DNA of 64,000 nt from an uncultured delta proteobacterium (GTDB taxonomy: Bacteria > Desulfobacterota > GWC2-55-46). Within the stretch, counting starts at the first letter, position 1; every line of letters starts with the position of its first letter. Location: positions 73,683 through 137,682 of the forward strand of contig CAVSHY010000019.1 in the NCBI GenBank assembly GCA_963727865.1, written 5' to 3'. Of the stretch, positions 1 to 9,490 are shown in pieces. The translations under genes were made by a program, and so were the position numbers. The notes under the pieces were generated by a model. The model was not told the DNA's origin. It saw nothing but the letters and a program-made list of their open reading frames with translations, and made no database searches.

Positions 1-415
1 CCTCGATCCGTAACGCGCTTTCGATCTTCTTTTCTTCAGCGGCCTCGAAGAAAGAATCATCGAAGACCTGAAGGCCCTCACGCCCGACAAAAGGCGCTAT
101 CGAGACCGGGAAGGCGAGGTGTTTATCCCCGGCGGACTCAGCGCTTGCGCTTACCGTCTTTTCGACCAGATCCTTTAAAGCGTCTTCGGTCACCACGCTT
201 GAGAACCCGAACCCAGCTCTACCTTTTGATATCGTCCTCAAGCCGACACCCGAGCCGGAACGCACCTTAAGCGCGTCTACTTCGCCGTCCTTGGCTTCTA
301 CATTAAATCCCTCTTCGGAGGAAAAAAATATCTCGTAGCTTTCAACCCTGTCAAGCAGCTTTTTAAGAGTATCTATCGCCGCAAGAGCGCGGTCTTCTTT
401 AAGATTTTTTTCCAT
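1..415 (-). CDS. PmbA/TldD-family metalloprotease, N-terminal part (C-terminal part lies beyond the left edge)
   Basis: Own translation from the ATG at 413-415 (minus strand): MEKNLKEDRALAAIDTLKKLLDRVESYEIFFSSEEGFNVEAKDGEVDALKVRSGSGVGLRTISKGRAGFGFSS... This N-terminal pattern is typical of PmbA/TldD. It is absent from the ORF track because no stop codon lies in the window. Confidence 0.55.
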   Translation of the reverse strand, partial: MEKNLKEDRALAAIDTLKKLLDRVESYEIFFSSEEGFNVEAKDGEVDALKVRSGSGVGLRTISKGRAGFGFSSVVTEDALKDLVEKTVSASAESAGDKHLAFPVSIAPFVGREGLQVFDDSFFEAAEEKKIESALRIE

Positions 416-440
416 CGGCTCCCCTAAGTTAAATCAGCAA

Positions 441-893
441 TTATTTGAGTTCCATGATGACCGCGTTCTCGTCACAATTAGGGAACTTAACGCATTTAAT
501 GCAATCGCTCCATATCTTGTGCGGAAGGACCTCTTTGTTGATGACCCTGAAATTAAGCCTTTGAAAAAACCCGGTCTTGTAAGTAAGCGCGAAGACTTTC
601 TTAAGCCCGAGAGACCGCGCCTCGTCAATGCACGCGTTCACAAGGCTTCTGCCTATCCCTTTCCTCGCATGATCATCCTTCACCGTGAGCGACCTTATCT
701 CGCCCATATCCTCCGAACATATGTGAAGCGCGCATGTCCCGACGACATTGCCTCCTTCTTCATAAACAAAAAAATCCCTGAGTTTGTCGTAGATCTCGTT
801 TATCGGGCGGTGGAGCATTATGCCCTTCCTCGCGAACGACTCTATGAGTCCGTAAATCTCGGGCACGTCATCAAGTACCGCCTTTCTTACCAA
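441..893 (-). CDS. GNAT-family N-acetyltransferase (short ArgA-like form)
   Basis: 150 aa. Acetyl-CoA motif RKGIGRSLV. The C-terminal tail KIWSDCIKCVKFPNCDENA is typical of short N-acetylglutamate-synthase-like GNATs. Confidence 0.75.
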   Translation of the reverse strand: MVRKAVLDDVPEIYGLIESFARKGIMLHRPINEIYDKLRDFFVYEEGGNVVGTCALHICSEDMGEIRSLTVKDDHARKGIGRSLVNACIDEARSLGLKKVFALTYKTGFFQRLNFRVINKEVLPHKIWSDCIKCVKFPNCDENAVIMELK

Positions 894-993
894 TTATACT
901 CCCCTTTCAGCAAAGCGGCCAATTCACTGTTTCAAAACCGGAAAATGTTCTTAACGTGTCTTTCTTTTCATGGACACCCTCAGGGTCATGGGA

Positions 994-2715
994 TCAGCTC
1001 CGCCGTCTTTTTTTATCTCCCGTTAAATTCCGGGCCGCGTCAATCAGCTCCATGGCGTGTTTCCGCGTCACATCCGTAACCTTCATCCCGCCGAGCATTG
1101 AGGATATCTCTTCCACCCTATCATCCGCGTTGAGTTCCCTTACGGAGGTTACGGTCCTGCCTGAAGAGCTCAGTTTTTTTACCGAATAATGTTTATCCGC
1201 GAAGGCCGCTATCTGAGGGAGATGCGTAATGCATAGCACCTGATGCCTCCCGGAGACCTCCTTCAATTTCAGCCCGACCACCTGCGCCATCGCCCCGCCG
1301 ACCCCCGTATCAATCTCATCAAACACCATGGTAGGGACCCTGCCCACGGCGGTAACATTTTTCATGGCGAGCATTATCCTGGAAAGCTCCCCTCCCGAGG
1401 CGATTCTCGCCAGAGGTTTTACCTCCTCCCCCGGGTTGGGAGAAATATAGAAAATTACCCTGTCGGCGCCTTTTTCATTAAACCGGAGCGTCCCGTCGGG
1501 GTTCTTCTCCGTCTCTATCATCACGCTGAAAACAGCGCCTTTCATCCCCAGCTCGGAAAGCTCTTTTTCCACCTTTTTTTCAAGTTCGGCCGCGGCCTCG
1601 GTCCTTATTTTCGAAAGCCTGGCGGCGCTGAGACCGGCTTTTTCCCTCGCGGCCGTTAAAAGCTTATCAAGTTCCCCTGTCCTTTCCTCAAAATCCGTGA
1701 GGCCTTCGAGTTCGCCCTCCAGGGAAAGCTTTTTATCAAGCGCTTCTTTAAGCGTCGGCCCGTATTTTTTCTTGAGCTTGTTTAAAAGGTCTATCCTTGC
1801 CCCGGCCTCCTCAAGCCTGATGGGGTCGGATTCAATGGATTCCGAATAATCCCTGAGAAACGCGGCGGCGTCTTCGAGCTGAAAAAGGCCTCCTTCGATC
1901 GTCTCCACGGTCTTCCCAAGCCTGTCATCGAATGAAGCCGCGCTTTTTAAAGTCTTTATTAAAGCTCCGAGACGCTCGGCTATCGAGCCGGCGTCCGAGT
2001 ATATCGCCCGCTCGGCTTCCGAGGCCGCGTTTTTTATCTTCTCGGAGTTCCTGAGTCTTTCAAATTCTTTCTGAAGTCCTGTATCTTCCCCTTCCTTCGG
2101 GGAGGCGTCGGTTATCTCCTTTAGCTGAAAGGCTAAAAAATCACGCCGCTCGGAGAGATTTTTTGAATCCCTGGTAAGCCCGTCGAGCTCTTTTTTGAGC
2201 GAGAGATAATTCCCGTAATCCTCATACATCCCAGCCCTCTCTTTTTGAAAACCGCCGAAAGAATCCAGGGCCTCGACGTGCTCTTCGGGCCTGGTAAGCG
2301 ACTGGTGTTCGTTCTGCCCGTAAATGTCTATCAGGCGCCTGCCTACCTCGGAGAGCGTCATAAGGGTGGCGGGGCTCCCGTTGATGTAAACCCTGTTCCT
2401 CCCCGCCCGCTGTACCACACGCTTTATAACGAGGTTTTCAGAATGCTCGATGCCGGACTCGTCGAGCGCTTTCAAAAGGCCTTTGTAAGCCCCGATATCA
2501 AACATCGCCTCAACCTGGGCCTCTTCAGTGGATGATCTGATTATCTCGTTGGATGCCCTGTCACCGAGGATGAGGGACATGGCGTCAAGTATAATGCTTT
2601 TCCCCGCCCCGGTCTCGCCGGTAAATATGTTAAGCCCCGGGCCAAAGGAAATGCTGAGGTTGTCTATGATAGCGAAGTCCTTAATACTCAGTTCAACCAG
2701 CATAACATTTCTCAA
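994..2715 (-). CDS. recN: DNA repair protein RecN
   Basis: 573 aa. N-terminal Walker A FTGETGAGKSI, long coiled-coil middle, C-terminal SGGELSR signature and the MVFDEID Walker B motif. Confidence 0.9.
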   Translation of the reverse strand: MRNVMLVELSIKDFAIIDNLSISFGPGLNIFTGETGAGKSIILDAMSLILGDRASNEIIRSSTEEAQVEAMFDIGAYKGLLKALDESGIEHSENLVIKRVVQRAGRNRVYINGSPATLMTLSEVGRRLIDIYGQNEHQSLTRPEEHVEALDSFGGFQKERAGMYEDYGNYLSLKKELDGLTRDSKNLSERRDFLAFQLKEITDASPKEGEDTGLQKEFERLRNSEKIKNAASEAERAIYSDAGSIAERLGALIKTLKSAASFDDRLGKTVETIEGGLFQLEDAAAFLRDYSESIESDPIRLEEAGARIDLLNKLKKKYGPTLKEALDKKLSLEGELEGLTDFEERTGELDKLLTAAREKAGLSAARLSKIRTEAAAELEKKVEKELSELGMKGAVFSVMIETEKNPDGTLRFNEKGADRVIFYISPNPGEEVKPLARIASGGELSRIMLAMKNVTAVGRVPTMVFDEIDTGVGGAMAQVVGLKLKEVSGRHQVLCITHLPQIAAFADKHYSVKKLSSSGRTVTSVRELNADDRVEEISSMLGGMKVTDVTRKHAMELIDAARNLTGDKKRRRS

Positions 2716-2748
2716 ATAACTCTTTTAAGTTGTTAAAAAGCAACAGTT

Positions 2749-3624
2749 TTATTTCTGAGTATCGCTGTCGACCTTGACCTCCCACATGAGCCTCTCCCTC
2801 AGTATGTCAAAATAGCTTTTCCTTTCGTACTTGATTAAATATACGCTTGTGTCGGCCCTTTTTATCTTTATTGTATCCCCGCCGAGAAGCCCGACATCGA
2901 CCTGTCCGTCAAGGATCAGCTGCACGTTGGTCTGCCCGGGGCTTACCGTCACATCGACAGTCATCCAATCGGGTATGACAACCGGCCGGTTTGTGAGGTT
3001 AAACGGGCATATGGGAGCTACGATTATCGAATGAATAGTCGGATAAAGAATAGGTCCATTGGCGGAAAGGGAATAAGCGGTTGAGCCGGTAGGGGTAGCG
3101 ACTATCAGACCGTCGGCCCTGTAAGTCGTTACATACTCCTTGTTTATCCGTGTCTCCAGCCTCACAAGCCTCGCGTTCTCGCCCTTAACAACGGCGTCGT
3201 TCAATACTTTGTAAGTTGAGACCGTCTTGCCATGGCGTGACAGGCCGACAGCGAGCATCATCCTTTCTTCTGTCGAAAAATCGTCCTTTAAAATCCTTTC
3301 GAGTATAGGATAGACCTCGTCAATGGAACTGACGGCGGTTAAAAACCCGAGGCCCCCGAGGTTTACCCCGAGTATGGGGACCTTCTTCCCGTTAATGAGC
3401 CTTGCGGCGTAGAGCATCGTGCCGTCGCCGCCGAGAACGACCATTACGTCGATCGATTCAGCAAGTTCATCTGGAAGTATCGATATAACGGGCTTAATAA
3501 GCGCCGCATGAGCGGTATCTGTGTAGACCTTTCCGCCTTTCCCGGTAATCCATTCCGCCAATTCGTTGCCGAGTTTTATCGCCGCGGGATTACTGATCTT
3601 TACGATCAAGCCTATTTTTTTCAC
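2749..3624 (-). CDS. nadK: NAD kinase
   Basis: 291 aa. Motifs GGDGT, NDAVV and TPTGSTAYSLSANGPI are characteristic of NadK/PpnK. Confidence 0.9.
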   Translation of the reverse strand: MKKIGLIVKISNPAAIKLGNELAEWITGKGGKVYTDTAHAALIKPVISILPDELAESIDVMVVLGGDGTMLYAARLINGKKVPILGVNLGGLGFLTAVSSIDEVYPILERILKDDFSTEERMMLAVGLSRHGKTVSTYKVLNDAVVKGENARLVRLETRINKEYVTTYRADGLIVATPTGSTAYSLSANGPILYPTIHSIIVAPICPFNLTNRPVVIPDWMTVDVTVSPGQTNVQLILDGQVDVGLLGGDTIKIKRADTSVYLIKYERKSYFDILRERLMWEVKVDSDTQK

Positions 3625-3684
3625 CGCGTCTCCCTTACAAGTCTTCTCAAATTTTGTTTATAATACCGCGATAAATCAGTATTT

Positions 3685-4707
3685 TTACCGCTGAGGCTCT
3701 ATGATGACTTTGAGCGATTCCTTCGCCTCGCTTACGAGTTTAAAGCCGGCTCCGGTCTCTCCAAGGCCAAGCCTGTGGGTGATCATATCGGAAACGTTTA
3801 CCCGGCCCGCATGTATCAGCTCAAGGGCGGTCAACGTATCACGTGGAGGCGACGCGTACGGATTAATTATCGTAATATTATCCCTCCAGAGGTCAAAAAG
3901 CGGCATGGGAAAAGTCTTACCCGGTTCCATGGGCGCGAAAAATACGATCACACCCCCGCGGTCAACGCTCTTTATCGCCTGCTCTATGGCTTTCGCGCTC
4001 GCGACACTCAAGACTACGATCTCCGCGAATCTACCGAGCGCGTCTTTTACCATGGCCGGGACGTCGCTTTCAGCCTTGAATACATGGTCCGCGCCGAACC
4101 TTTTTGCGGCATTAAGCCGTAATTCGTTCAAGTCGGTCGCTATGATTTTACCCGCGCCCAGGGCCTTCGCGAGCTTTACGTGCAGGAGTCCGGCCATCCC
4201 GCTCCCTATTACAAGGATGCTTTTACCGGCCTCCATGCGCGCTTTTCCAAGGCCCCTCACGACGCACCCAAGTGGCTCTGAAAAAGTGCCCTCCTCAAAA
4301 CTCATACCCCGGGGCAGTAAAAAAACACCTCTGTCGACGTTTATCTCCGGCACTCTCACATATTCAGCGAACCCCCCGGGGTCAAAATTGGTGGTCCTCA
4401 GGATATCGCATACTGAATGGTTGCCGGCAAGGCAGTACCTGCAGGTATTGCACGGGACATGGTGGGCGACAGTGACCCTGTCACCCGGCCTAAAACGGGT
4501 CACGCGGCTTCCGGCCTCGGCGACCGTGCCGGCTATCTCATGGCCAAGCACAAGAGGGGCTTTTTTTATCCTGTACCATTCCATGACATCGCTTCCGCAT
4601 ATGCCGCTCGCCTCTATCTTGACCAGGATTTCGTTTCCGCGTATCTTCGGGACCGGAACGTCTTCAATACGGATATCCCTGTTATTGTAATATACCGCGA
4701 CCCTCAA
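3685..4707 (-). CDS. Zn-dependent alcohol/threonine/sorbitol dehydrogenase (MDR family)
   Basis: 340 aa. Catalytic Zn motif GICGSD...GHE, structural Zn cysteines CNTCRYCLAGNHSVC, and a Rossmann fold GSGMAGL. Confidence 0.8.
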   Translation of the reverse strand: MRVAVYYNNRDIRIEDVPVPKIRGNEILVKIEASGICGSDVMEWYRIKKAPLVLGHEIAGTVAEAGSRVTRFRPGDRVTVAHHVPCNTCRYCLAGNHSVCDILRTTNFDPGGFAEYVRVPEINVDRGVFLLPRGMSFEEGTFSEPLGCVVRGLGKARMEAGKSILVIGSGMAGLLHVKLAKALGAGKIIATDLNELRLNAAKRFGADHVFKAESDVPAMVKDALGRFAEIVVLSVASAKAIEQAIKSVDRGGVIVFFAPMEPGKTFPMPLFDLWRDNITIINPYASPPRDTLTALELIHAGRVNVSDMITHRLGLGETGAGFKLVSEAKESLKVIIEPQR

Positions 4708-4760
4708 AAAAAACTCCTCAAAGGATAGTCAGAAGACAATCTGAGACTTTCTTTATTTCC

Positions 4761-5573
4761 TTAAACAACGGCGCGCTTCCCCTTTGCTCCACGGGACCTG
4801 GACAGGGTATTATACAGATCGAAAGCCTTCTCCGGGGTCATATTGTTGTGCACCACTTCGCGGACAGCCCGGATCATGGCAACAGGATTCTCCGACTGGA
4901 AGATATTCCTGCCCATATCAACTCCTACGGCCCCCCTTATGATCGCGTTGTAGGAGAGCTCCAGGGCATCGCGCTCCGGGATCTTTTTGCCTCCCGCTAT
5001 AACAATAGGCACCGGGCAGCTCTTAACAACCTTCTCAAACCCCTCGCAATAATATGTCTTTACGATGTGGGCTCCGAGTTCAGCGGCGATCCTGCACGCA
5101 AGCCCAAGATACCTCGCGTCCCTGACCATGTCCTTGCCTACGGCTGTTACCGCTAAAACCGGGATACCGGCGTCCTGCCCCTCGTTTATCAGGTCCGCGA
5201 GAGCAATGAGGGTCTTTTTTTCGAGCTCTGAGCCTACAAAAATAGAGAGGGCCACGCCAGCCACATTAAGGCGCATGGCGTCTTTCATGGATACGGTCGT
5301 TCCTTCGTCGGCAAGGTTACCGAGTATGCTTGTCCCGCCCGACACCCTTAAAACTACAGGCACATCCATCGCCGGATTGATACAGGCCCTTAATACCCCG
5401 CGGGTCAGCATGAGCGTATCCGCGTACGGCAGCAGCGGCGAAACGGTCCTGGCGGGTTCTTCAAGCCCTGTCGTGGGTCCCAGGAAATACCCGTGATCCA
5501 CGGCAAGCATTACTGTCTTTCCGGTAGCAGGCCTTATTATCCTCGATAAGCGGTTCTTCATGCCCCAATCCAT
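4761..5573 (-). CDS. DhnA/LsrF-family class I aldolase (LsrF-like thiolase/aldolase)
   Basis: 270 aa. Long collinear similarity, from memory, to E. coli LsrF: DWGM.NRLSRI..P.TGKTVMLA.DHGYF.GPTTGLE ... VGKDMVRD.RY...A.RIAAE.GA.I.KTYY ... CPVPIVIAGGKK.PER.ALE ... GVDMGRNIFQS..PVAM. Confidence 0.75.
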   Translation of the reverse strand: MDWGMKNRLSRIIRPATGKTVMLAVDHGYFLGPTTGLEEPARTVSPLLPYADTLMLTRGVLRACINPAMDVPVVLRVSGGTSILGNLADEGTTVSMKDAMRLNVAGVALSIFVGSELEKKTLIALADLINEGQDAGIPVLAVTAVGKDMVRDARYLGLACRIAAELGAHIVKTYYCEGFEKVVKSCPVPIVIAGGKKIPERDALELSYNAIIRGAVGVDMGRNIFQSENPVAMIRAVREVVHNNMTPEKAFDLYNTLSRSRGAKGKRAVV

Positions 5574-5956
5574 AAAAATCCCTCCTTATTTAAATATCAG
5601 CTGTCTCAAAAATCGTGTCTGTTGTCAAACCTTATCAATATGCGTAACTAAAGGAAATTCCACATAAAACATATATATAGAAGCATATAGCCGGAAAATT
5701 ATATAAGTTTTAGGATAACAAGGTACAAGCGTCGCGTCAACTGAATTTATGCCGGAGTATTAGTAAAGAAAGTGAAAATAAGAAATTACAAATGTGATAA
5801 AATAATTTGGACTTCTTTAAAATTTTTTGATAGAATCAATTGTTCAGATACATCAATAATGCGGCATAATATCGTTCCAGCTTCTTTCGTAATGAAGCGA
5901 TTAAACCTTACACCGGAAAAGGGTGTAAATATCAGGATTTTTTCTATAAAATTTTA

Positions 5957-6781
5957 ATGCATAAAATACTTATAATAATAATTCTTACGCTTACCGCACA
6001 ACTTATTCCGCTTACCGGCACAATTCAGGCGGCTACCATCGTCGTTCCCGATAATTACAGGAGCATCCAAGAAGCGGTAGACAAAGCCGCCCCTGGCGAC
6101 TCTATCATCGTAAACGAAGGGACTTACAGCGAAAATATCGTTGTAAGCAAACCCCTGTCCATAAGATCCAGTAAAGGACCGGCTTCCACGATAGTGCGCG
6201 CCGGGTTAGCGAATAAACCTGTTTTCAATATTTTAAGCACCGATAAAGTAACCTTGAGCGGCTTTACCGCGACCGGTTCAAATGACGCCGGGGTAATACT
6301 TTCAAACGCCCGGAACGCGCTATTGAATAACAATATAACAACCAGGAACGCAAACGGCATCATTCTTAGCCATTCCAACGGCAATACCATAACTGAAAAC
6401 GAAGCGAACCTTAACACGAGAAACGGGTTGTATCTTGAAGCGTCAACAGGCAATAAGATCGAAAAAAATATCGCAAATTCAAACAGCGACAAGGGTATTT
6501 TTATCAGCCACTCGGACAAAAATGAAGTAATAAATAATAACGCCAACAGGAACCAATGGAACGGGATAATGTTTTTTTCCTCCCACGGCAATATCGTACA
6601 CGACAACATGACTTTCGGGAATACGTTCGGCGTCGTAATGAGCGATTCAAGCGACAACGATATTGGATCTAATACCACTCTCCCAAATATATTTATAATA
6701 CTGCCGATCGTATTAATATATTTAGGGATATTATTTTACATTGTACAGAAAAACATATTGCGCTTATTTATAAGAGGATAG
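5957..6781 (+). CDS. Secreted right-handed parallel beta-helix (NosD/PBH1-like) protein with C-terminal membrane anchor
   Basis: 274 aa. Signal peptide MHKILIIIILTLTAQLIPLTGTIQA. Repeated N/G-rich ~22-aa turns (NNNITTRNANGIILSHSNGNTITENEANLNTRNGLYLE...). C-terminal hydrophobic helix followed by a basic tail. Confidence 0.6.
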   Translation: MHKILIIIILTLTAQLIPLTGTIQAATIVVPDNYRSIQEAVDKAAPGDSIIVNEGTYSENIVVSKPLSIRSSKGPASTIVRAGLANKPVFNILSTDKVTLSGFTATGSNDAGVILSNARNALLNNNITTRNANGIILSHSNGNTITENEANLNTRNGLYLEASTGNKIEKNIANSNSDKGIFISHSDKNEVINNNANRNQWNGIMFFSSHGNIVHDNMTFGNTFGVVMSDSSDNDIGSNTTLPNIFIILPIVLIYLGILFYIVQKNILRLFIRG

Positions 6782-6794
6782 GACGGGAGTCGAG

Positions 6795-7178
6795 ATGCGC
6801 ACCATTTTGAGTTTTTTCAGCGTTTTTTCCACCATACCCATAATACTGGCGAGCATCGGGCTTATTTTTGCCACCGCGGGTTTTATCAGCGGCTTGCAGC
6901 TGGTAAAGGCGTCGGACCCCTTTGAGCGCAAGATTCACAGGTTCAACGGGTTTATTACCATCGCCCTTTACCTTATACTTTCCACATTATATTTCTCACA
7001 GAATGGAATAAGGCTATGGTCTGTCATCGCGTGGTTATGCGGGCTTATCGTGATCTTTTTGAAACTCACCATTGTTCACGCGAAAAACCGGAGACGCGCG
7101 TTTAAATACGTTAGCTGGCTCGGCGGCATCCTTATCATCATCTGGCTTATCATTGTTTACATAAATATACCGATCTGA
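6795..7178 (+). CDS. Small integral membrane protein (about 4 TM helices), unknown function
   Basis: 127 aa with four hydrophobic stretches. It starts 14 nt after the beta-helix gene and lies in the same AT-rich island. Confidence 0.45.
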   Translation: MRTILSFFSVFSTIPIILASIGLIFATAGFISGLQLVKASDPFERKIHRFNGFITIALYLILSTLYFSQNGIRLWSVIAWLCGLIVIFLKLTIVHAKNRRRAFKYVSWLGGILIIIWLIIVYINIPI

Positions 7179-7261
7179 AAATACAGTCTCTTTCCCGCTC
7201 AACCTTATTTTCACTTTCACGTTCAAATATCCTTTCTATCAAAAGACGGCTCTCAAAATAA

Positions 7262-7305
7262 AAAGAGGGCTTTTAAAAGCTCTATCGCTTTTAAAGGCCC
7301 TCTTT
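7262..7305. terminator. Hairpin between convergent genes (possible bidirectional terminator)
   Basis: AAAGAGGGC (7262-7270) pairs with GCCCTCTTT (7297-7305). The flanks are A/T-rich. It sits between the + gene ending at 7178 and the - gene ending at 7353. Confidence 0.4.
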
Positions 7306-7352
7306 CAAAGTCTATTTTTACCCTTTAAGGCCAGACTCCTGCATCTCTCGCA

Positions 7353-8180
7353 TTAGCCGTTGCAGCACCCGGCGTCGATATGGGCAAGCTCCCTCACAGC
7401 CGCTATAGCGTCATCAAGATTTGCACGCTCGGCTCTGCTAAGGGGATTAGCTGTACGGTCGCCCGCCTCCACATGGACATAGATTTTATCAATCCGGTTC
7501 ATGCCATCAAGAATCTTATCTTTTACCGCTGGATCCAGGGAACCGTTTACGAGTTCAAAGAACTCGGCGTCTTCCTTACGGATATGGCCCTTCAGGCTGA
7601 CTATCATCGATTTTACGATCCCATCGAGGATATCATTATCCCTCAGTGCGTCGCGGACGTTATGAAGAAGCGAGAGGATTTCACGGTGGTCTTCCTTTAT
7701 CGTAGAGACAAGGCCTTCTCCAAAAGTTACAAGACCTCTCATCGCCGGAAAAAGCACCTCCTCCTCCTTCATGGCGGAATGCTTAAGGATCGCGTTTTCA
7801 AGGCCGTTTGTGGAAATCCACAACCCTTCGACGTCTCTCCTGCGGACCTCGTCCTCTACTGCTTCGATTATCTTGAATATTTCCTTGTGCTCGTTAACAA
7901 GTATAGCAATAGGACCGCCTATCGATTTTTCAGAAGCGGACACCTGAGGTTCGTCGGCCGTATTTTCTTCCCCGGCAACCTCGACGCTAACGATTTTATA
8001 TTGCTGTGAAAAGCCGAGCTTGCACGCGCCCCTGGGGCTTTTAAACACGCCCTCTTCCTCCGAGGCGGCGGATAATTCCTTAAAGAACTCTTCGCCCATG
8101 GTAAGATACCCTTCCCTGCAGTTCACGCAGCATGAAGGGCGCATACAGCGGTATTTTATATCAAGCTTCCGCACGGACAT
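7353..8180 (-). CDS. Hemerythrin/HHE cation-binding domain protein with N-terminal Cys cluster and C-terminal CC
   Basis: Hemerythrin-like His/Glu motifs (HKEIF, HSAMKEEEVLFP, DHREI, HIRKEDAEFF). N-terminal C-x4-CC-x2-C and C-terminal GCCNG. Start moved to the ATG at 8180 because GGAGG lies 7 nt upstream; the track start at 8207 is a TTG. Confidence 0.6.
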   Translation of the reverse strand: MSVRKLDIKYRCMRPSCCVNCREGYLTMGEEFFKELSAASEEEGVFKSPRGACKLGFSQQYKIVSVEVAGEENTADEPQVSASEKSIGGPIAILVNEHKEIFKIIEAVEDEVRRRDVEGLWISTNGLENAILKHSAMKEEEVLFPAMRGLVTFGEGLVSTIKEDHREILSLLHNVRDALRDNDILDGIVKSMIVSLKGHIRKEDAEFFELVNGSLDPAVKDKILDGMNRIDKIYVHVEAGDRTANPLSRAERANLDDAIAAVRELAHIDAGCCNG

Positions 8181-8211
8181 GACATATCCTCCTTTTGGAC
8201 TTCTCAACGAA

Positions 8212-8716
8212 TCAGGCGGTGCCTACGGTCTCGTCCTTGGCGGGCGGCGAGGGCATGCCGAACTCATCATTGAACTTGGTTACGATATATAAAAGGCTTC
8301 TGTGGTTCAAAAGGAGCCCTTCATATAGCTTCGTCTTTGTAAGGGCGTCAAAATAAAATTCATAAGAGAACTGGATCTGTTTCGCTATGCTGTTATCGTC
8401 CATGTTGATATCATAGCTATTCTGCTGGAAAATAAGATCGCTTCTTATCTCTGCATAGAATTCACTCCTCTCCTCTTCCTTCATCTCTTTAAGCTTCTCG
8501 ATGTGTTCAGGCGCGATGGCGACTCCGTTCAATAATACAATAAGTCCGGGATAGTCCTTCGGCTGGAGTATCCGCTGCTTTTTGAGACCCTAACGGGTAA
8601 TCTATATCAAAATGAAAGGTTACGTTCTCATCCTTTATCTCGCTCACCTGATGATGATTTTCCGTAAACCATTTTTTAATAGCTTCTTTTGCCTGTTCCG
8701 TGGTTGTGAATTCCAT
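8212..8716 (-). pseudogene. DUF2299-like (YbjN-like) protein, reading frame broken once
   Basis: Track ORFs 8507..8716 and 8212..8532 are two halves of one protein. Shifting frame at the T5 run (8579-8583) gives ...DYPLGSQKQRILQPKDYPGLIVLLNGVAIAPEHIEKL..., which is collinear with DUF2299 proteins as I remember them. Confidence 0.5.
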
Positions 8717-8766
8717 TTACAAATCTCCTTTACAATTGATTATTTTTCGCTTTTAGCGGTATTTTA

Positions 8767-8795
8767 ATAATACTACACCTCGAAAAGTTTGTAAA
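8767..8795 (-). promoter_or_regulatory. Candidate sigma70 promoter for the DUF2299-like/hemerythrin pair
   Basis: Minus strand reads TTTACA, a 17-nt spacer, then TATTAT, about 55 nt upstream of the ATG at 8716. Confidence 0.35.
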
Positions 8796-8899
8796 GATTT
8801 TATTAATCGCCCAAAATATTAACGGACCGGGGCTAAACCGGGCCGGGGGGACAATATTTTAGAGTGGAAATCGCCTGGCAAATCAAGGCGTCCGGCCGT

Positions 8900-9214
8900 T
8901 TAATGACCTATCCCCCATGGCCCTTCTTCCTTTAGAGCCTGGCAGATATGTGAGCATCTTGTGCAATAATGTGAATGATTCAGTTCGTATTCCTTGTAAA
9001 TAGGGCATGTTGAGCATATACAGTCCTTTTCCCATTGAATGAGCTTGCTTGTGCCTATCCTCGGGAAACAGTACCCTTTGGGCGCGTCCCCTTTTACATA
9101 AGTGGGACAATTCTGGCACTTGCAGTTCTTAATGACATAATCCTGCCTCTTGCCGGTCTCTTCGTCTGTCATAGCGTCGAGGTCAAATTTATCAATCCTG
9201 TCGAATTTTCCCAT
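8900..9214 (-). CDS. DUF2769-like 10-cysteine small protein, paralogue A
   Basis: 104 aa. Duplicated CxCxxCPxY motif (CKCQNCPTY and CICSTCPIY) plus CTRCSHIC. GAGGAGG ribosome-binding site upstream. Confidence 0.6.
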   Translation of the reverse strand: MGKFDRIDKFDLDAMTDEETGKRQDYVIKNCKCQNCPTYVKGDAPKGYCFPRIGTSKLIQWEKDCICSTCPIYKEYELNHSHYCTRCSHICQALKEEGPWGIGH

Positions 9215-9249
9215 ATCTAAACCTCCTCAAACGTCGCATTTTTTAATCT

Positions 9250-9258
9250 ATTATAGCA
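9250..9258 (-). promoter_or_regulatory. Extended -10 promoter element (TGCTATAAT) for paralogue A
   Basis: Minus strand reads TGCTATAAT about 36 nt upstream of the ATG at 9214. The identical element precedes paralogue B. Confidence 0.4.
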
Positions 9259-9296
9259 GATTTTCCCCGCTATATGAGGCAAAGATTAAAATAAAG

Positions 9297-9329
9297 CCCC
9301 CCCCTTTAATTACTTAAAGGGGGGGGGGG
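9297..9329 (-). terminator. Intrinsic terminator after paralogue B
   Basis: 13-bp stem (CCCCCCCCTTTAA / TTAAAGGGGGGGG) with a 4-nt loop. On the minus strand it is followed by TTTATTTTAATCTTT. Confidence 0.6.
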
Positions 9330-9490
9330 CAGAATACAACCTGATATTTTTAACTTTGACCGGCGATGAGGCGGAATATCACAGTCGCTTGAGTCAACAG
9401 ATAGAAATATTATCCAGACAAAACTATGCAAACGCGTTCAGGCGTTAAGATTCTTAAATCTGCAAAATATTGAGCTTTGGCGCCGGGGGC

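Noticed and set aside
3701-4690. 329-aa ORF on the + strand, fully antisense to the Zn-ADH gene. Similar long antisense ORFs lie at 52674..53510, 57537..58607, 61935..62576 and 62964..63599, opposite rpoC, rpoB, rplA and rplK/nusG.
   Set aside because: All are Ser/Pro/Ala/Leu-rich low-complexity translations that mirror unmistakable conserved genes on the other strand. They are shadow ORFs produced by codon bias and have no start signals.
8883-9119. 78-aa and 62-aa (9519..9707) alternative-frame ORFs inside the two DUF2769-like genes.
   Set aside because: They have the same strand but a different frame from the Cys-rich proteins. Their 'conservation' is a by-product of the near-identical nucleotide core, and they have no ribosome-binding site.
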